Of a stretch of 49,453 nucleotides of DNA, positions 1 through 11,141 are shown piece by piece. Numbering within the stretch: position 1 is the first letter of the stretch; each line of letters starts with the position of its first letter. Source of the DNA: Trypethelium eluteriae. Taxonomy: Eukaryota. Below the pieces are notes generated by a model. That model worked only from the letters and a program-made list of their open reading frames with translations, made no database searches and was not told the origin of the DNA. The DNA is taken from NCBI GenBank assembly GCA_051942245.1, contig JAVECL010000120.1, forward strand, positions 1-49,453. Reading direction: 5' to 3'. A program made the translations under genes and the position numbers.

Positions 1-496
1 CAGCCATGCCGGCTGGATGAAAAAGCGCAAGACCAAATTCCTCCGACACGACTGGCAGGACCAGCACTTCCGCCTACACGGCACGCAGCTCTCCGCCCAC
101 CGCGACGCGCTGCCGTCCTCGTCCGCGCTCGCCACCATTGACGTCGACGACTACGCCGTCGCGTGCAGCTCGCTGGCGTCCAAGAAGCTGGGCGCGCGTC
201 TCAAGGCGCTGAGCATCACGGGCGGAGGCGGGAAGGGCAAGAACGGCGGTGCTGGGGAGGGTGGCGCGGGCGGCAAGGACCCGGCGTTTGAGTTTCAGCT
301 GGTGCCGGAGCTGAGGGAGCGGGGCGCGGGCGAGGCGAGGGAAAGGCGGATGTTGGTGAAGAAGGGCGAGTCGCATCATTTTGCGGTGAAGTCGCGCGAC
401 GCGCGGATTGATTGGATGAGGGAGTTGATGTTGGCGAAGGCGTTGAAGCAGAAGGAAGGGGGGTATGAGGTTAATGTCAATGGAACGGCGGTTTGA
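1..496 (+). CDS. 3' end of a PH-domain protein, likely the fungal SAM+PH family; 5' part lies outside the window
   Basis: Frame is open from position 2 (SHAGWMKKRKTKFLRHDWQDQHFRLHGTQL...HHFAVKSRDARIDWMRELMLAKAL). The GWMKKR first strand and C-terminal WxxxL helix are typical of PH domains. Confidence 0.75.
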   Translation, partial: SHAGWMKKRKTKFLRHDWQDQHFRLHGTQLSAHRDALPSSSALATIDVDDYAVACSSLASKKLGARLKALSITGGGGKGKNGGAGEGGAGGKDPAFEFQLVPELRERGAGEARERRMLVKKGESHHFAVKSRDARIDWMRELMLAKALKQKEGGYEVNVNGTAV

Positions 497-1293
497 GGGG
501 GAAATGAAGTGGGATGTGTTGGATGATCTGATTTCTTTTTTTCCGAGAGTTTTCATTCCCCTGCGTTTATGAGCGGATGATTTGGGATACCCTTTACGTG
601 CATGTTTATGTTTTCGACGTTGGATATTCGGAAGGACATGCGAGCGCTGGCGTGTTAGGCTTGCCCGTAAAGATAAAATGTAGATAGGCATTTAGCTAGG
701 GACAATGACGACCATTTCGACTCTACATATCTTTCGACGACCATCGATACGCGTGCCTTGTCTACGTGTTCATTTCAATCAATACTGTGAAGTAAGACCG
801 TGGGCCTCATAGAAGTCTACAGCAAACTTGTCGAAGAGGAATTCGCAGCCAATGATCATTATACATGTATATACATGAAGATTAAAAGTTGAAAGTAATA
901 GTGATTGTGATGGAAAAACTGCTCGGCCGTAGAAGCGCATTAAACACTACCGCAGCTGGCATCTAACTCTCTTCCAAGTCTAGCATCCTCAGACCAAGAG
1001 CTAATATCCAGAATGTTGTGTAGATAATCCAAAGAAAGTAGTATGTACCAAAGATCAAGACCAATATAAACCAGAAGGATATTCTCGTTCATCCGTCCTT
1101 GTATCCAAAAGTGTAGAGGGGCTGTACATGTCTATCCAAGTTGAATGAATAAATGAATAAATGTGTTGAATCTATGATCGGCTGCTGAGTTTGTCATCCA
1201 GAATGGTCCAGTCGAGAAGAGTGTAAGAAGGTCGAATCGAAAGCATAACATTGACGACGAGAAGTTTAGCGAGGGTTCAACATACCAAGAAGC

Positions 1294-2004
1294 CTATTCG
1301 CCGGCGGATTGCCCAACGTTGTGCCAGCCACGAACAGGGTCTGCCTCTGCCTCACGCTTTGCTTTCTCTCCAGCCGATTGTCCGACATTGTGCCAGCCAT
1401 TAATAGGATCCGCTTCAGCCTCGCGTTTGACTTTTTCTCCGGCTGACTGACCGACGTTGTGCCAGCCACGAACGGGGTCGGCCTCTGCCTCACGTTTGAC
1501 TTTCTCCCCAGCCGACTGTCCGACATTATGCCAGCCGCGAACAGGCTCAGCTTCAGCCTCACGTTTGACTTTCTCCCCAGCCGACTGTCCGACATTATGC
1601 CAGCCGCGAACGGGGTCTGCCTCTGCCTCACGCTTGACCTTCTCACCAGCGGGCTGTCCAATATTGTGCCAGCCCCGGACCGGATCCGCCTCGGCAGCAC
1701 GCTTAGCCTTCTCGCCAGCGGACTGGCCGACGTTGTGCCAGCCACGAACAGGGTCTGCTTCAGCCTCAGCAGCACGCTTGGCCTTCTCGCCGGCAGACTG
1801 TCCGACGTTGTGCCATCCGCGGACAGGGTCCGCTTCAGCAGAACGCTTCTGGTCTGTTCATAATCAAGATTAGCAGCAGGTCGTATCCAAGGGAGGAAGA
1901 GTGGAATGGAATAACGTACCAATGGCGGCGTTAGCCTCAGGGGCAGGAAGAGCGGTCACGGTGCTAGCCAAGATGGCTGCAGCAATCACTGCGGTAATCT
2001 TCAT
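1294..2004 (-). CDS. Secreted Kex2-processed repeat protein / alpha-pheromone-like precursor, 214 aa, with 8 copies of a 13-aa peptide
   Basis: Exon 1 (2004..1920) encodes the signal peptide MKITAVIAAAILASTVTA-LPAPEANAAI. The 66-nt intron 1919..1854 reads GTACGT...GCTAAT...CAG. Exon 2 (1853..1294) gives QKR-SAEADP-VRGWHNVGQSAGE-KAKR-AAEAEADP-VRGWHNVGQSAGE-KAKR-AAEADP-VRGWHNIGQPAGE-KVKR-EAEADP-... ending at TAG 1296..1294. Most differences between repeat cores are synonymous in this frame. Confidence 0.93.
1297..1842 (-). repeat. Coding tandem repeat, 8 units of about 69-75 bp
   Basis: A variable motif of the form CCGACRTTRTGCCAGCCRCGAAC recurs on the + strand roughly every 69 bp. Confidence 0.95.
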
Positions 2005-4178
2005 GGTTCTCGAATTTGAATGGTAGATTAAATGAATGTAGAATTCGTGGAAAGGAACGTTGTGAGCTTCGGGGGTAGTTCGTTTAAAAGCTTATATGAC
2101 AAACAGTTCCGATTAAATCTATTTGAGAAAGGACTTAGCCGATGGGGAACCACAACTCCGTCTTCGGTTGCAGAGGTTCTTATACTAAAGTTGGCTTATT
2201 GTGAACCTTAGTAACAGGAGAATAAAGGTGTAACGCATTTGGGTCTCAATAGGCGCCACGTCAGAAGGCTGTCTTATTAACAGCTTCGTCTGTGGGATAA
2301 TGGCGGCTCCCCACATCGGTCCAGGCTTTCAGCATATCACTCAAAGGTATGAAATTGACGCATAGAAAGTATTCAGATCACACGATGAAAGGGAAATGCC
2401 GCACCGCGAGATTCGGAGCCATCAAATGACCCAGCCGTCAGTGGCATAGCCGTATTGATGATCCGGTGGAACGAGAAGCAATCAATAATCAACAGCAATC
2501 AATAGGAAAGGAGCATTACTTGTGACTGAGCTGGCCGGTAACATTTCCCTACCGGGCACTGCACACAGGAATGAAATGAGCAGTACCGAATCCGATACAT
2601 AGCAATCGATTTTACCGAAAAAGCAAAGAGAACCGACGTGTGTGTAGAATTCTTTTGTTGTTGACGATGAGATGTGGAGCGAATTCCGGAAATGGTGCTC
2701 AATAAGAAAATACCTTAAGAAGAAAAGCTCACGTAAAAGATATCACGTGACTTGGAACCGCATCAATTCCGTCGACTCAAGGATCACGCTAAATACCTGT
2801 TTCAATTGGGTTACGTGAAGAAGGACTATAACTGTTGGTGGCTACCTAAATCCGTAGAAGAGTGAAGATGGCTCAGTGAAAAAAATGCAGGTTGAAATTA
2901 GCGTAGGCTAGAATACCTACTTATGGTTAGGCTCACGCTAGACCATTTCAGGCTGCCCTGTCGTGCCTGTGTTCGAGGTCCGCACCGCTCCCAGCCTCTA
3001 ACAATAACGATGCCAGCTTTGGGGCGCTGGAGGAACCGTCGACGTATCTCGCTTCGCATGCAATTTCCCTCAATCAAGCCTCGCAATGCGGACAATAAGC
3101 AAGCTCCTTTGATGGTAGCCTTCTGCCGGAGGATTTCGGATTTCTTGCTCAATGCTAGCTAGGAATGCCCTAGTGTACGCTGTACTTTGGCTATCTTCAC
3201 AAGATCTGATCAATAGGAGATCATGATCATGTTCGATTGATGCTTATCATTTGCTGGCTCGAAGCGATGGCCGACGACAGGATTGCCCTGGCTCGCGTCG
3301 AGCGAAAGATCCCAAAGGTGTCGGTAATGCAAGGCAACCTCCAGCATTCCTGGCGTTTGAACGCTTATTCCGATTCCTTTTACCGTGGATCGATCAAACC
3401 ATCTCAGTAGAGTCCAGGACGATGTTTTATCCCGACCTTGCAGGTCTGCATATGAAGCGCGAGCCTTAGTAGATCTCGCCATCTCGAATGAAACACAGAC
3501 CTCCAAACTTATATCTAGGCAGTTATGGTCTGATTCGGGGTGAAAGCTACTTGAAAAGCAGAAGCTCTGGTGTTCGAGATTGATGGAGAGCGCGAGGCGT
3601 AAATTGCTCAAAGAATTGGCTAAATAATCCAATTCCATTGGGAACAGGTATGTCGGGAGACTTGAATTTCGCCATCGAGTTGGGAGCTGCATATGAGTTC
3701 AATAACTCTGTGCGGCTCCTACGCTTATGATATCTAGCTTGTGAGAGTGTCTTACCCATCTTTTGGTTGCTCGTATCGCTAGTTCCGAGATAACCTTCCT
3801 GGAATCGCGAGGTCAAATCCTTTCTTTGACTAATCATTATTAGGCAAGTACCTCTTTCGTCGTCTCATCTGACAATTGCACTGTGCGGCTATAAACAATG
3901 ACCTCTTTCAAAACGTGGGCTCCCATAAAGACATATGGGAGAGTATTGTAAGTCAGCTTTGTTCCGCCTTCTTGTCCTCAAGATAATACCTCGATCTAAT
4001 CAAGAATCACATGATGCTGGTCAAATACATTGCAACGTCATCAGCCATGGTACTATGTTCAAATCACTCATTCTACGATCTCCGTTTCATCTCGGCGCTT
4101 GCGACAATTTTTATGCATAAATTCCGCAATAAACTAGCGATTAAATTCCAAAACACCACCAGCACCAAATAATCCGCC

Positions 4179-5927
4179 ATGTCTTCTACCCGCACTGGCA
4201 GTGTTGTCTCTCCGACGGCGCCGATCCATGTGGCCCAACATCACGTCCGCGAGTGCATAGAGCGATGGGAGGGCCATTTGGAGGCAAGCCGACAACCCGA
4301 AGCTGGCTTCGAGCAGGAGAGGCATCTTCCATGCGTGAAATCCCTGGATGAAATGGAGGGGCAACAGCGTGTAGACGCAATCCATCAGCTCTGGTTCCAA
4401 TCTGCGCGCGAAAGGATCTTCGAGATCGGCAAATTGCAAGAAGAAAATCAGTCCCTGAAAGATCAAGTGGCGCGCAGCGCCATGCTTCACCAACAGATCG
4501 ATGAACTGGACGAGCAAATGGAGGAGAAAGATGCCGAGATATTTGAACTTCTAGCTGAGAAGCAACTTGTTACAGAGCCTGAAATCGAAGAGCTCGAGTC
4601 CGAGATCAAGTCTCTTAAGACTCAGAATGATGGACTTCGTATAATGGCAACTTCTAGAGACCGAACTATTGGCGACCTTTCACTAGAGAACGAATCCCTT
4701 CGATGGCACCTTCAGCAAGTGTGCAAAATCGCTGGTATTGTTACCGACTGGTGTGACGGTAGTAGGTTCCATGGACTGGCCTCGGACAATGCGAATGTAG
4801 TCGAGGTCCAGACAGCATCAGAACCATCTGCGCCGCAAGTGTCGACCAGTAAGGAGCTGAAAAAGGCCACAGCCGCTATCGAAAAGCTCAATGTTGAAAA
4901 GGACGAGCGGGAGCATGAACTGCAGAACACCAAGCGGCTGCTTGCCATCAGCGAAGACAGTCTCAAGAACACGCGCTCTGAGCTCGAAATTGCGAATCAT
5001 CATCTAAGGCTCAGACAAGAGTCAGTCGCCGACATGGAGGCAGGTCGACGTAAGTCTTCCGTCACCGACGTTAGCCTTTTCGAGGCCGAGGCTTATGTTA
5101 GGACTACCCTCGAGGTTGAGCGTAACATGCTGGAATTGCAATTAGACGAGATGCTGGAGAGGCAAAGCAAGCTTGAGTACAACATCGAGCACCTGAGATT
5201 CAGTCTCATGGACTCTATCGAAGGTAAGGCGGAATTGAAGAGGGAGATGACTAATGCCAAAGTGCTGTGCCGTTTCTTGGCTACAGAGCGCGTCAATCTC
5301 AAGGAAGCCCTCACCAATCTGCGGCGGTGCTTTGAGTCGACCATCCAGGGAACTCAAGAGAAGGACGCCAAGATCAAGGAACTCGAGGTCGAACTTGAGC
5401 GCCACAGTGGCATGATCGTGACTTTGACTGGAGCCCTGACGACTGCACGGCAACAACGGGAACAGCTGCAGCATGAGCTCCTCTCCCAAACCGACCAATC
5501 GCGCCATTGTGCAGAACTACTCCAACATGAGAGGAGTGAGCACGAGTGTGTTGAGCGCGAACTCCAGCGCAGGACCACACAGCTTGACCGCGTACGGACA
5601 AATCTCGTTCGGGCACACGTAGGCCGTGTTCAGGGGTTCGACCCGGTTCGTGCAGACAAACATTTCTTGGAGAGACAGCTTGATGGCGCTGATAAGATTA
5701 TTGGCACCCTGGAGAAGCAGCTCGACCTGACGAAGAAGCAACTCAGCGGAGAGCGCGAGCTTCTCGGCCATTACACCACTGACGTGAATGATCAAATCGA
5801 TGGCCTAGAGGAAGAAACGGTGACTCTCCAGAACAAGGTGAAGGCCCTTGATGGAGATCGCAACGCCGTCGCTGGAGTTGCACTCCTCGGTGGCGCTCTC
5901 ATTGATATGCTTGCGAATCTTTCCTAG
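4179..5927 (+). CDS. Long coiled-coil protein of unknown function, 582 aa
   Basis: Single long ORF with good start context (CCGCCATGT) and E/L/K/Q/R-rich heptad-like composition; no catalytic motif recognised. Confidence 0.8.
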   Translation: MSSTRTGSVVSPTAPIHVAQHHVRECIERWEGHLEASRQPEAGFEQERHLPCVKSLDEMEGQQRVDAIHQLWFQSARERIFEIGKLQEENQSLKDQVARSAMLHQQIDELDEQMEEKDAEIFELLAEKQLVTEPEIEELESEIKSLKTQNDGLRIMATSRDRTIGDLSLENESLRWHLQQVCKIAGIVTDWCDGSRFHGLASDNANVVEVQTASEPSAPQVSTSKELKKATAAIEKLNVEKDEREHELQNTKRLLAISEDSLKNTRSELEIANHHLRLRQESVADMEAGRRKSSVTDVSLFEAEAYVRTTLEVERNMLELQLDEMLERQSKLEYNIEHLRFSLMDSIEGKAELKREMTNAKVLCRFLATERVNLKEALTNLRRCFESTIQGTQEKDAKIKELEVELERHSGMIVTLTGALTTARQQREQLQHELLSQTDQSRHCAELLQHERSEHECVERELQRRTTQLDRVRTNLVRAHVGRVQGFDPVRADKHFLERQLDGADKIIGTLEKQLDLTKKQLSGERELLGHYTTDVNDQIDGLEEETVTLQNKVKALDGDRNAVAGVALLGGALIDMLANLS

Positions 5928-7257
5928 CTATTACGGCGGCAGCCTGAACAGTGCGTTTGACGTAAGGTAAGTTACATTTCATTCTTCACCTTTGGGGCTT
6001 TTGAAGGAAAGCATGGTAAGAATTTAGTATTGGACTGGCGTTTGGATCTTTTCACTCAAACTTTGATATATCGTCTTTTCGGTCTTCTTAACCTCTCCTA
6101 TCAGTGTTTGGCCAAGGTCGAGTTAAGGTAAGTTTTCAATTATCCATGATTTGATGCCCGTCGTAAGCTACACACAGGCGTCGTGCGACCCGAGGGACAA
6201 ACATAAATTGCCACGCCGGTAATAGAACAACCGAGACTCGATCTGACCGAGTTCGACGTAACTACAAGCGAAAAGAGGCTTCATTTTTCTCTCACCCGCG
6301 TGATTGCAAATCCTTCCCAAACTTGTTCATTGGAACTCACCAAGAAACTTTGTTCTGGTTGGGTGCTCGAATCAGGACTTAAATTCCACGAAGCATGAGG
6401 CTCTGCTCCAACCGACGTCGACAATGCATGCGACAATTCCTATAGTTTGAGTTTCAAACATTTGTCTTTCTCACAACGTTAGCACAAGAAGTTATAGAAA
6501 GGATCAATAGCTAGTGAAAGTAAAGGACAAGTCATGTTTCCCTACGCGTTAAGTATTCTATGGGTTATGCAGAGAAGTGGCCAAGAGCTGCTCCCACTAG
6601 CAATGTCCAGTTCCGTTAAGAATTTACAAGACTTGTGCGTGCACGTGCTCTGCCTTGATGAGTGGTCGGGAAAAACAGGATCGAAGATATTCAACTCATT
6701 GAATGGTGGCTTGCATAAGGGTTCGAGTCGCTCTACCTCCGTACGCCGAGTTATTGTCCTGCTGAGGTCTACGTCGAGGCGGCGTTTCATGAAGCCGTGT
6801 AGCCGAAGATGCACTGGCAGCTGAACGACTCGACAGAGCTACACTGGTAATAGGCAGCCAGGTTGACGTCCACATGAATGTACACGTGGGTAGGTGTTCC
6901 GTCTTCCGCAGGAAATGATTTCGCTTGCCTGCCGTACTGAGCGTGTCTCATGAGGGATGACGTCTTTGCCTGTAAACAGGGGTTTGACGGAATGTACCGA
7001 AGGGAAAGTCAGCAGATCAGGGAATTTCATTTTGCATGTGCAAGAATCAACAAATTGCATGGCGGAATGACGTAGGCCCCGCCAACGCGCGCATGCAAAA
7101 CCCCTCCTCACCGAACCAAGTAAACAGTGACTGCCTGCTCATCATCAACCTCTTCCCTCTTCAAATTCTGCACTTCTCAAACTCGATACACCATCCGCTG
7201 TAACAAGAACCAAGACCTGACTACTTTCTTCACTTCACTCTCATCAATACCGTCAGC

Positions 7258-7957
7258 ATGGGTGACAAGAACACCTCCACACTCCAGTCCTACGTTGATT
7301 CTGCGACTTCAGCAGTTCAGAGCGCTGTCGGCTCCATCACCGGCAACACTGCTGACAAGTACGCTGATCCGTATCTGAGGCGCCACGATGTAGGCTAACA
7401 GTTACCTAGAGAGAAGGCTGAGCAGACCAAGAGCAAGGCCGAGGCTGAGAATGACCTGTCTCATGCCACTGCCAAAGCGGGCCCAGTGAATTTCAGCTCC
7501 AGCGGAGCAGTCACGACCGATGATCCCAATAGGACCCAAGGTTCATGGAACCAGACGATCGGTTCAGGAAAGGAAACGTTGGGGAACCTCGTAGGCGCTG
7601 AAGGTCTCAAGCAGCAAGGCATCGAGCAGAACCGCGCAGGCAAGGAGCAAGAGGCTCGTGGCCAGCTCAGCGACTTGGGCAGTGGTGTTACTGATCGTGC
7701 CAAAGGTAAGCCTGGCATATTGGACAATATTACAGACCCAAGTTTTGACAAACCATAGGCACCATCGGTGGGGCTGTTGCTGGCTTAACCGGAGACCGTG
7801 AAGAACAGGAGGTAAGGAACACATCAAACATTCTATACAAGAAACAAGCTGACCAGAGCTACAGAGGCGCCAAGCTCAGCATGACACCGGCAAGACACAA
7901 CAGCGCGGCGTCGAGGCCGATTTGCAGAAGCAGGCCGATGCGCAACACAATGCCTAG
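7258..7957 (+). CDS. CsbD/LEA-like small hydrophilic stress protein (family often labelled mismatched base pair and cruciform DNA recognition protein)
   Basis: Four exons: 7258-7358, 7410-7705, 7759-7811, 7865-7957, with canonical GT-AG introns. Protein reads MGDKNTSTLQSYVDSATSAVQSAVGSITG...GSWNQTIGSGKETLGNLVGAEGLKQQG...HDTGKTQQRGVEADLQKQA. Confidence 0.85.
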
Positions 7958-9200
7958 CTGCCTCGCACTCAAACATCAGAAGCACCATGGCTATCCACGG
8001 CTAGCACAGATCACAGTGATACCAAGCGGCGTGACGAGGAAGCATATTGGCTTAGTTGTGGAAGGGACTTTTTTTGTAGCCTAGAATAATACCATGCTCA
8101 TTAATACAGAATCCTTATAGTCTATTGTCCATGGTAGTGATGCTCGAGTCGCATCGAGGAATACCATCGCCGTGTTTGGGACTCACTATGCACGATGATG
8201 TAGGACCGAAACCTCGTTGCAAATGGTTCACCTTAATACCCTGGAGTGTTCACAATTATAGCCCATTAAACTCGCCAAAAGGAATTCGAGACGGAAGTAT
8301 GAAGCTAACGCTACAGACAATACCCGAACGAGACTCGTTTCATCAAGGGCCTTAGTCAGAAAGAGGAGGGTTTCGCTTCGGACAGGCTGAGGCATAGAGA
8401 GTTCCAGCAGCCTTGCAAAACCAACTCAGGCTGCGGCAGGTTTACCGCGGCTGAAAACACGTGCAAAGCACGGTTCCAAGCAGTGGAGTAGATTCTGAAG
8501 GGCCAGCCTTACTGCCGTTTTATTTGTGGATGTTTTCATTTGCGGATGATGCTACTGTTACCTGAGCGCTTGCGGGTGCAAGGCCGCACGAGTCGCTGCA
8601 GGAGAGCTGCATGATACACAGAGCGAGCCTACTCCAGCCCGCTTCGATCAAGTGGAGATTGTCGTTTTCGGAGATTGAAGATCTCGGGTGCACTCATACA
8701 GGCTTCGTCTCGTTGTCCCTTGTGGCCCCACAGGCTGATGATGAAGCTCGATTGCGAGTCGTCTTTAATAGCCAACGTGAGTACTCCGCATGGGAATTTG
8801 TGAAGGTGTCTCTTCTCGGTCTTTCAACTTCACAGTCACATAGATTTGGGTGTTTTTTTTTCCTTTATTTATTGATAGCTTTATCGTTCTGTCGCTACTG
8901 CCACTCCTTGATGATTGCTTCGGACATTTTTACTTACTAGCGCTTCCATTGGCCCACGTTATCGTGCTTCGATCCCTCCGTCATTGTATCCATCATTTCT
9001 CCGTGCCAGTTTTCATTGCATTTTCCACCGGCCTGGTGCCTTGTACCACCCCATTCAGCTCGGAATTACCGCTGCAGTGGAACTCGAGGGGCTGAGTTGC
9101 GGATCGAATCACGGAAATCGCGCGAGACCCCGTCAGCGCTTGGCAAAATAGCGCACTCCTTACCTAAGCCGGGGGCGCCTTAACTCCACCGACATCGATA

Positions 9201-11141
9201 ATGGACCATCCTTCGACGGAGACAACTTTCTCCTCTTCACCCCACGATGATTTGGTTGTCGGAACTCAACCTGGACACTACAATAGGGACACAGAATATC
9301 TGGACGGTCTCAGCGAGCCGCTACCGATGCTAACAAGAGATAAAAATACGGGTTCAACGACTGCCGGAGAAAGCCATTTTCTTCGCGACTATGCCTCACA
9401 TATAGATCCGCTCCAACTTGGCCGAGAGCAGGGGGAGCAAGAAGTCAACTGTGAGGCCCGAGAGCTGAAGGAGAAGCCCAAGTCCAGTGGACCCTTAGCC
9501 GAGCTTCCTACACTTCCCCGAACAAAGTCATTCCGAAGTCACCGCAAGAATATCCATTCAGTTGATTCGATTCCACGGCAAACGATTATGAAGGCACTGG
9601 CATCGAGGCCTCCACAATCTTCGAACATGTCGATCGCTCAGGCCCTCAATGGCTTGCTATCGAATCCCGATGATCCATCCCGCCCCACCGCTCCCCGTCG
9701 ATTGTCAGCCGCACTCTCCGAACTCCAATTACAATCGCCTTGTCTATCTCCAGCCTCGAGCAAGTTAGCAGCCTTGACCTCGCCTTGCTTCTTCCACAAA
9801 CGGTTCGACGATGCCGTCAACCTCGATAAGGTGCTTGAAGAGATCAAGGACGATGAGTGGCTATCACATTCCCGCCTTATGCAGACAGCCACCGGCGTCC
9901 GTGAGGTTTCGAAGCAACTTCAACGTCGACCGATTAAGCGTGCTGTGAAGAATGTCATGATCGTGACCAAGGCTCGTGATAATCACCTCGTAACCTTGAC
10001 GAGGGAATTAGCCGAGTGGCTACTATGTACCCCTCGATATGGCAACGATTTGGGAGTCAATGTCTACGTTGACGCTAAGCTGAAAAAGTCTAAACGGTTC
10101 GATTCCGAAGGTCTCATGGCTATGAATCCTATCCGCTTCTCGCACATGCTCCGCTACTGGACCCCAGACATGTGCTGGACGAGCCCCGAGAAATTCGATC
10201 TCGTCCTGACGCTCGGGGGCGACGGCACGGTGCTATTCACCAGCTGGCTCTTTCAGCGCATCGTCCCCCCGGTCCTAAGCTTCAGCCTTGGCAGCCTGGG
10301 CTTCCTCACTAACTTTCACTATGAACAATTCAAGGAGCACCTCAATCGCGTCATGGGCGAACCAGGTATGCGTGTCAGCCTCCGCATGCGCTTTACTTGC
10401 ACCGTCTACCGCAGCGCGGGACCCAAAACACTTGAGACCGTCGAGGGCGAGCAATTCGAAGTCCTAAACGAGCTCGTCATCGATCGCGGGCCATCGAGCT
10501 ACATCTCGAACCTAGAGCTCTACGGCGATGACAACCTGCTCACTGTTGTTCAAGCCGATGGCTGCATCTTCAGCACGCCAACGGGCAGCACCGCGTATTC
10601 GCTTTCGGCGGGTGGCTCGCTGGTGCACCCGGATATCCCCGCCATCCTACTCACGCCCATCTGTCCGCATACACTGAGCTTCCGCCCGATGCTGCTGAAC
10701 GATACCATGGCGCTCAAGGTTGCGGTGCCACGACACAGTCGCGCAACGGCGTACTGTAGCTTTGACGGCAAGGGCCGCGTGGAGCTACGCCAGGGCGACC
10801 ATGTCACCATCGCCGCCAGCCAATATCCTTTCCCAACCGTCTTGAGCAGGGACACCGAGTGGTTTGACTCGATTGGCAGGACGCTGAGATGGAACAGTCG
10901 GGGTGCGCAGCAGAAGGGGTGGGGACAGACGGGCAACTCGAGTGTCGACTCGAATGAAATGGAAGCCAGTGAGACGGATAGCAGAGTGGTGGCCGCCCAG
11001 GCTGAAGACGAAGGGTTTGATATTGATATTGAAGAGAACGACCAGGCGGACTCGGGGTTCGAAGGTTCAATGGCAAGTGGAGAAGGTCATGGTGCGCCGG
11101 GTACGGCAAGCCCAGCGAGGAAGCTGAGTCTCTTGATGTAA
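9201..11141 (+). CDS. UTR1: ATP-NAD(H) kinase, Utr1/Yef1-like
   Basis: NAD kinase signatures LGGDGT, GSLGFL, LNE, ADGCIFSTPTGSTAYSLSAGG and TPICPHTLSFRP. Confidence 0.95.
   Translation: MDHPSTETTFSSSPHDDLVVGTQPGHYNRDTEYLDGLSEPLPMLTRDKNTGSTTAGESHFLRDYASHIDPLQLGREQGEQEVNCEARELKEKPKSSGPLAELPTLPRTKSFRSHRKNIHSVDSIPRQTIMKALASRPPQSSNMSIAQALNGLLSNPDDPSRPTAPRRLSAALSELQLQSPCLSPASSKLAALTSPCFFHKRFDDAVNLDKVLEEIKDDEWLSHSRLMQTATGVREVSKQLQRRPIKRAVKNVMIVTKARDNHLVTLTRELAEWLLCTPRYGNDLGVNVYVDAKLKKSKRFDSEGLMAMNPIRFSHMLRYWTPDMCWTSPEKFDLVLTLGGDGTVLFTSWLFQRIVPPVLSFSLGSLGFLTNFHYEQFKEHLNRVMGEPGMRVSLRMRFTCTVYRSAGPKTLETVEGEQFEVLNELVIDRGPSSYISNLELYGDDNLLTVVQADGCIFSTPTGSTAYSLSAGGSLVHPDIPAILLTPICPHTLSFRPMLLNDTMALKVAVPRHSRATAYCSFDGKGRVELRQGDHVTIAASQYPFPTVLSRDTEWFDSIGRTLRWNSRGAQQKGWGQTGNSSVDSNEMEASETDSRVVAAQAEDEGFDIDIEENDQADSGFEGSMASGEGHGAPGTASPARKLSLLM

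Noticed and set aside
1297..1842. Repeat array as a CRISPR array
   Set aside because: Eukaryotic context, no unique spacers, unit lengths are multiples of 3 and encode a peptide, and there are no cas genes.
1266..1922. ORF-track repeat proteins 1266..1922(-), 1457..1873(+, CPTLCQPRTGSASAS repeats) and 1459..1863(+)
   Set aside because: Shadow frames of the peptide-precursor repeat. They lack signal peptides, and the synonymous-change pattern supports only the KR/EAEADP frame.
2898..3837. Short minus-strand ORFs (3210..3692, 3547..3837) as a gene
   Set aside because: No recognisable motif and no convincing splice model. Could be a weak or orphan gene but is unsupported.
1..8000. Dikaritin (ustiloxin-type) RiPP cluster around the repeat precursor
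   Set aside because: No DUF3328/UstYa (HxxHC) oxidase, tyrosinase or other tailoring gene is visible nearby, and the core lacks Tyr. Genes left of the window cannot be excluded.
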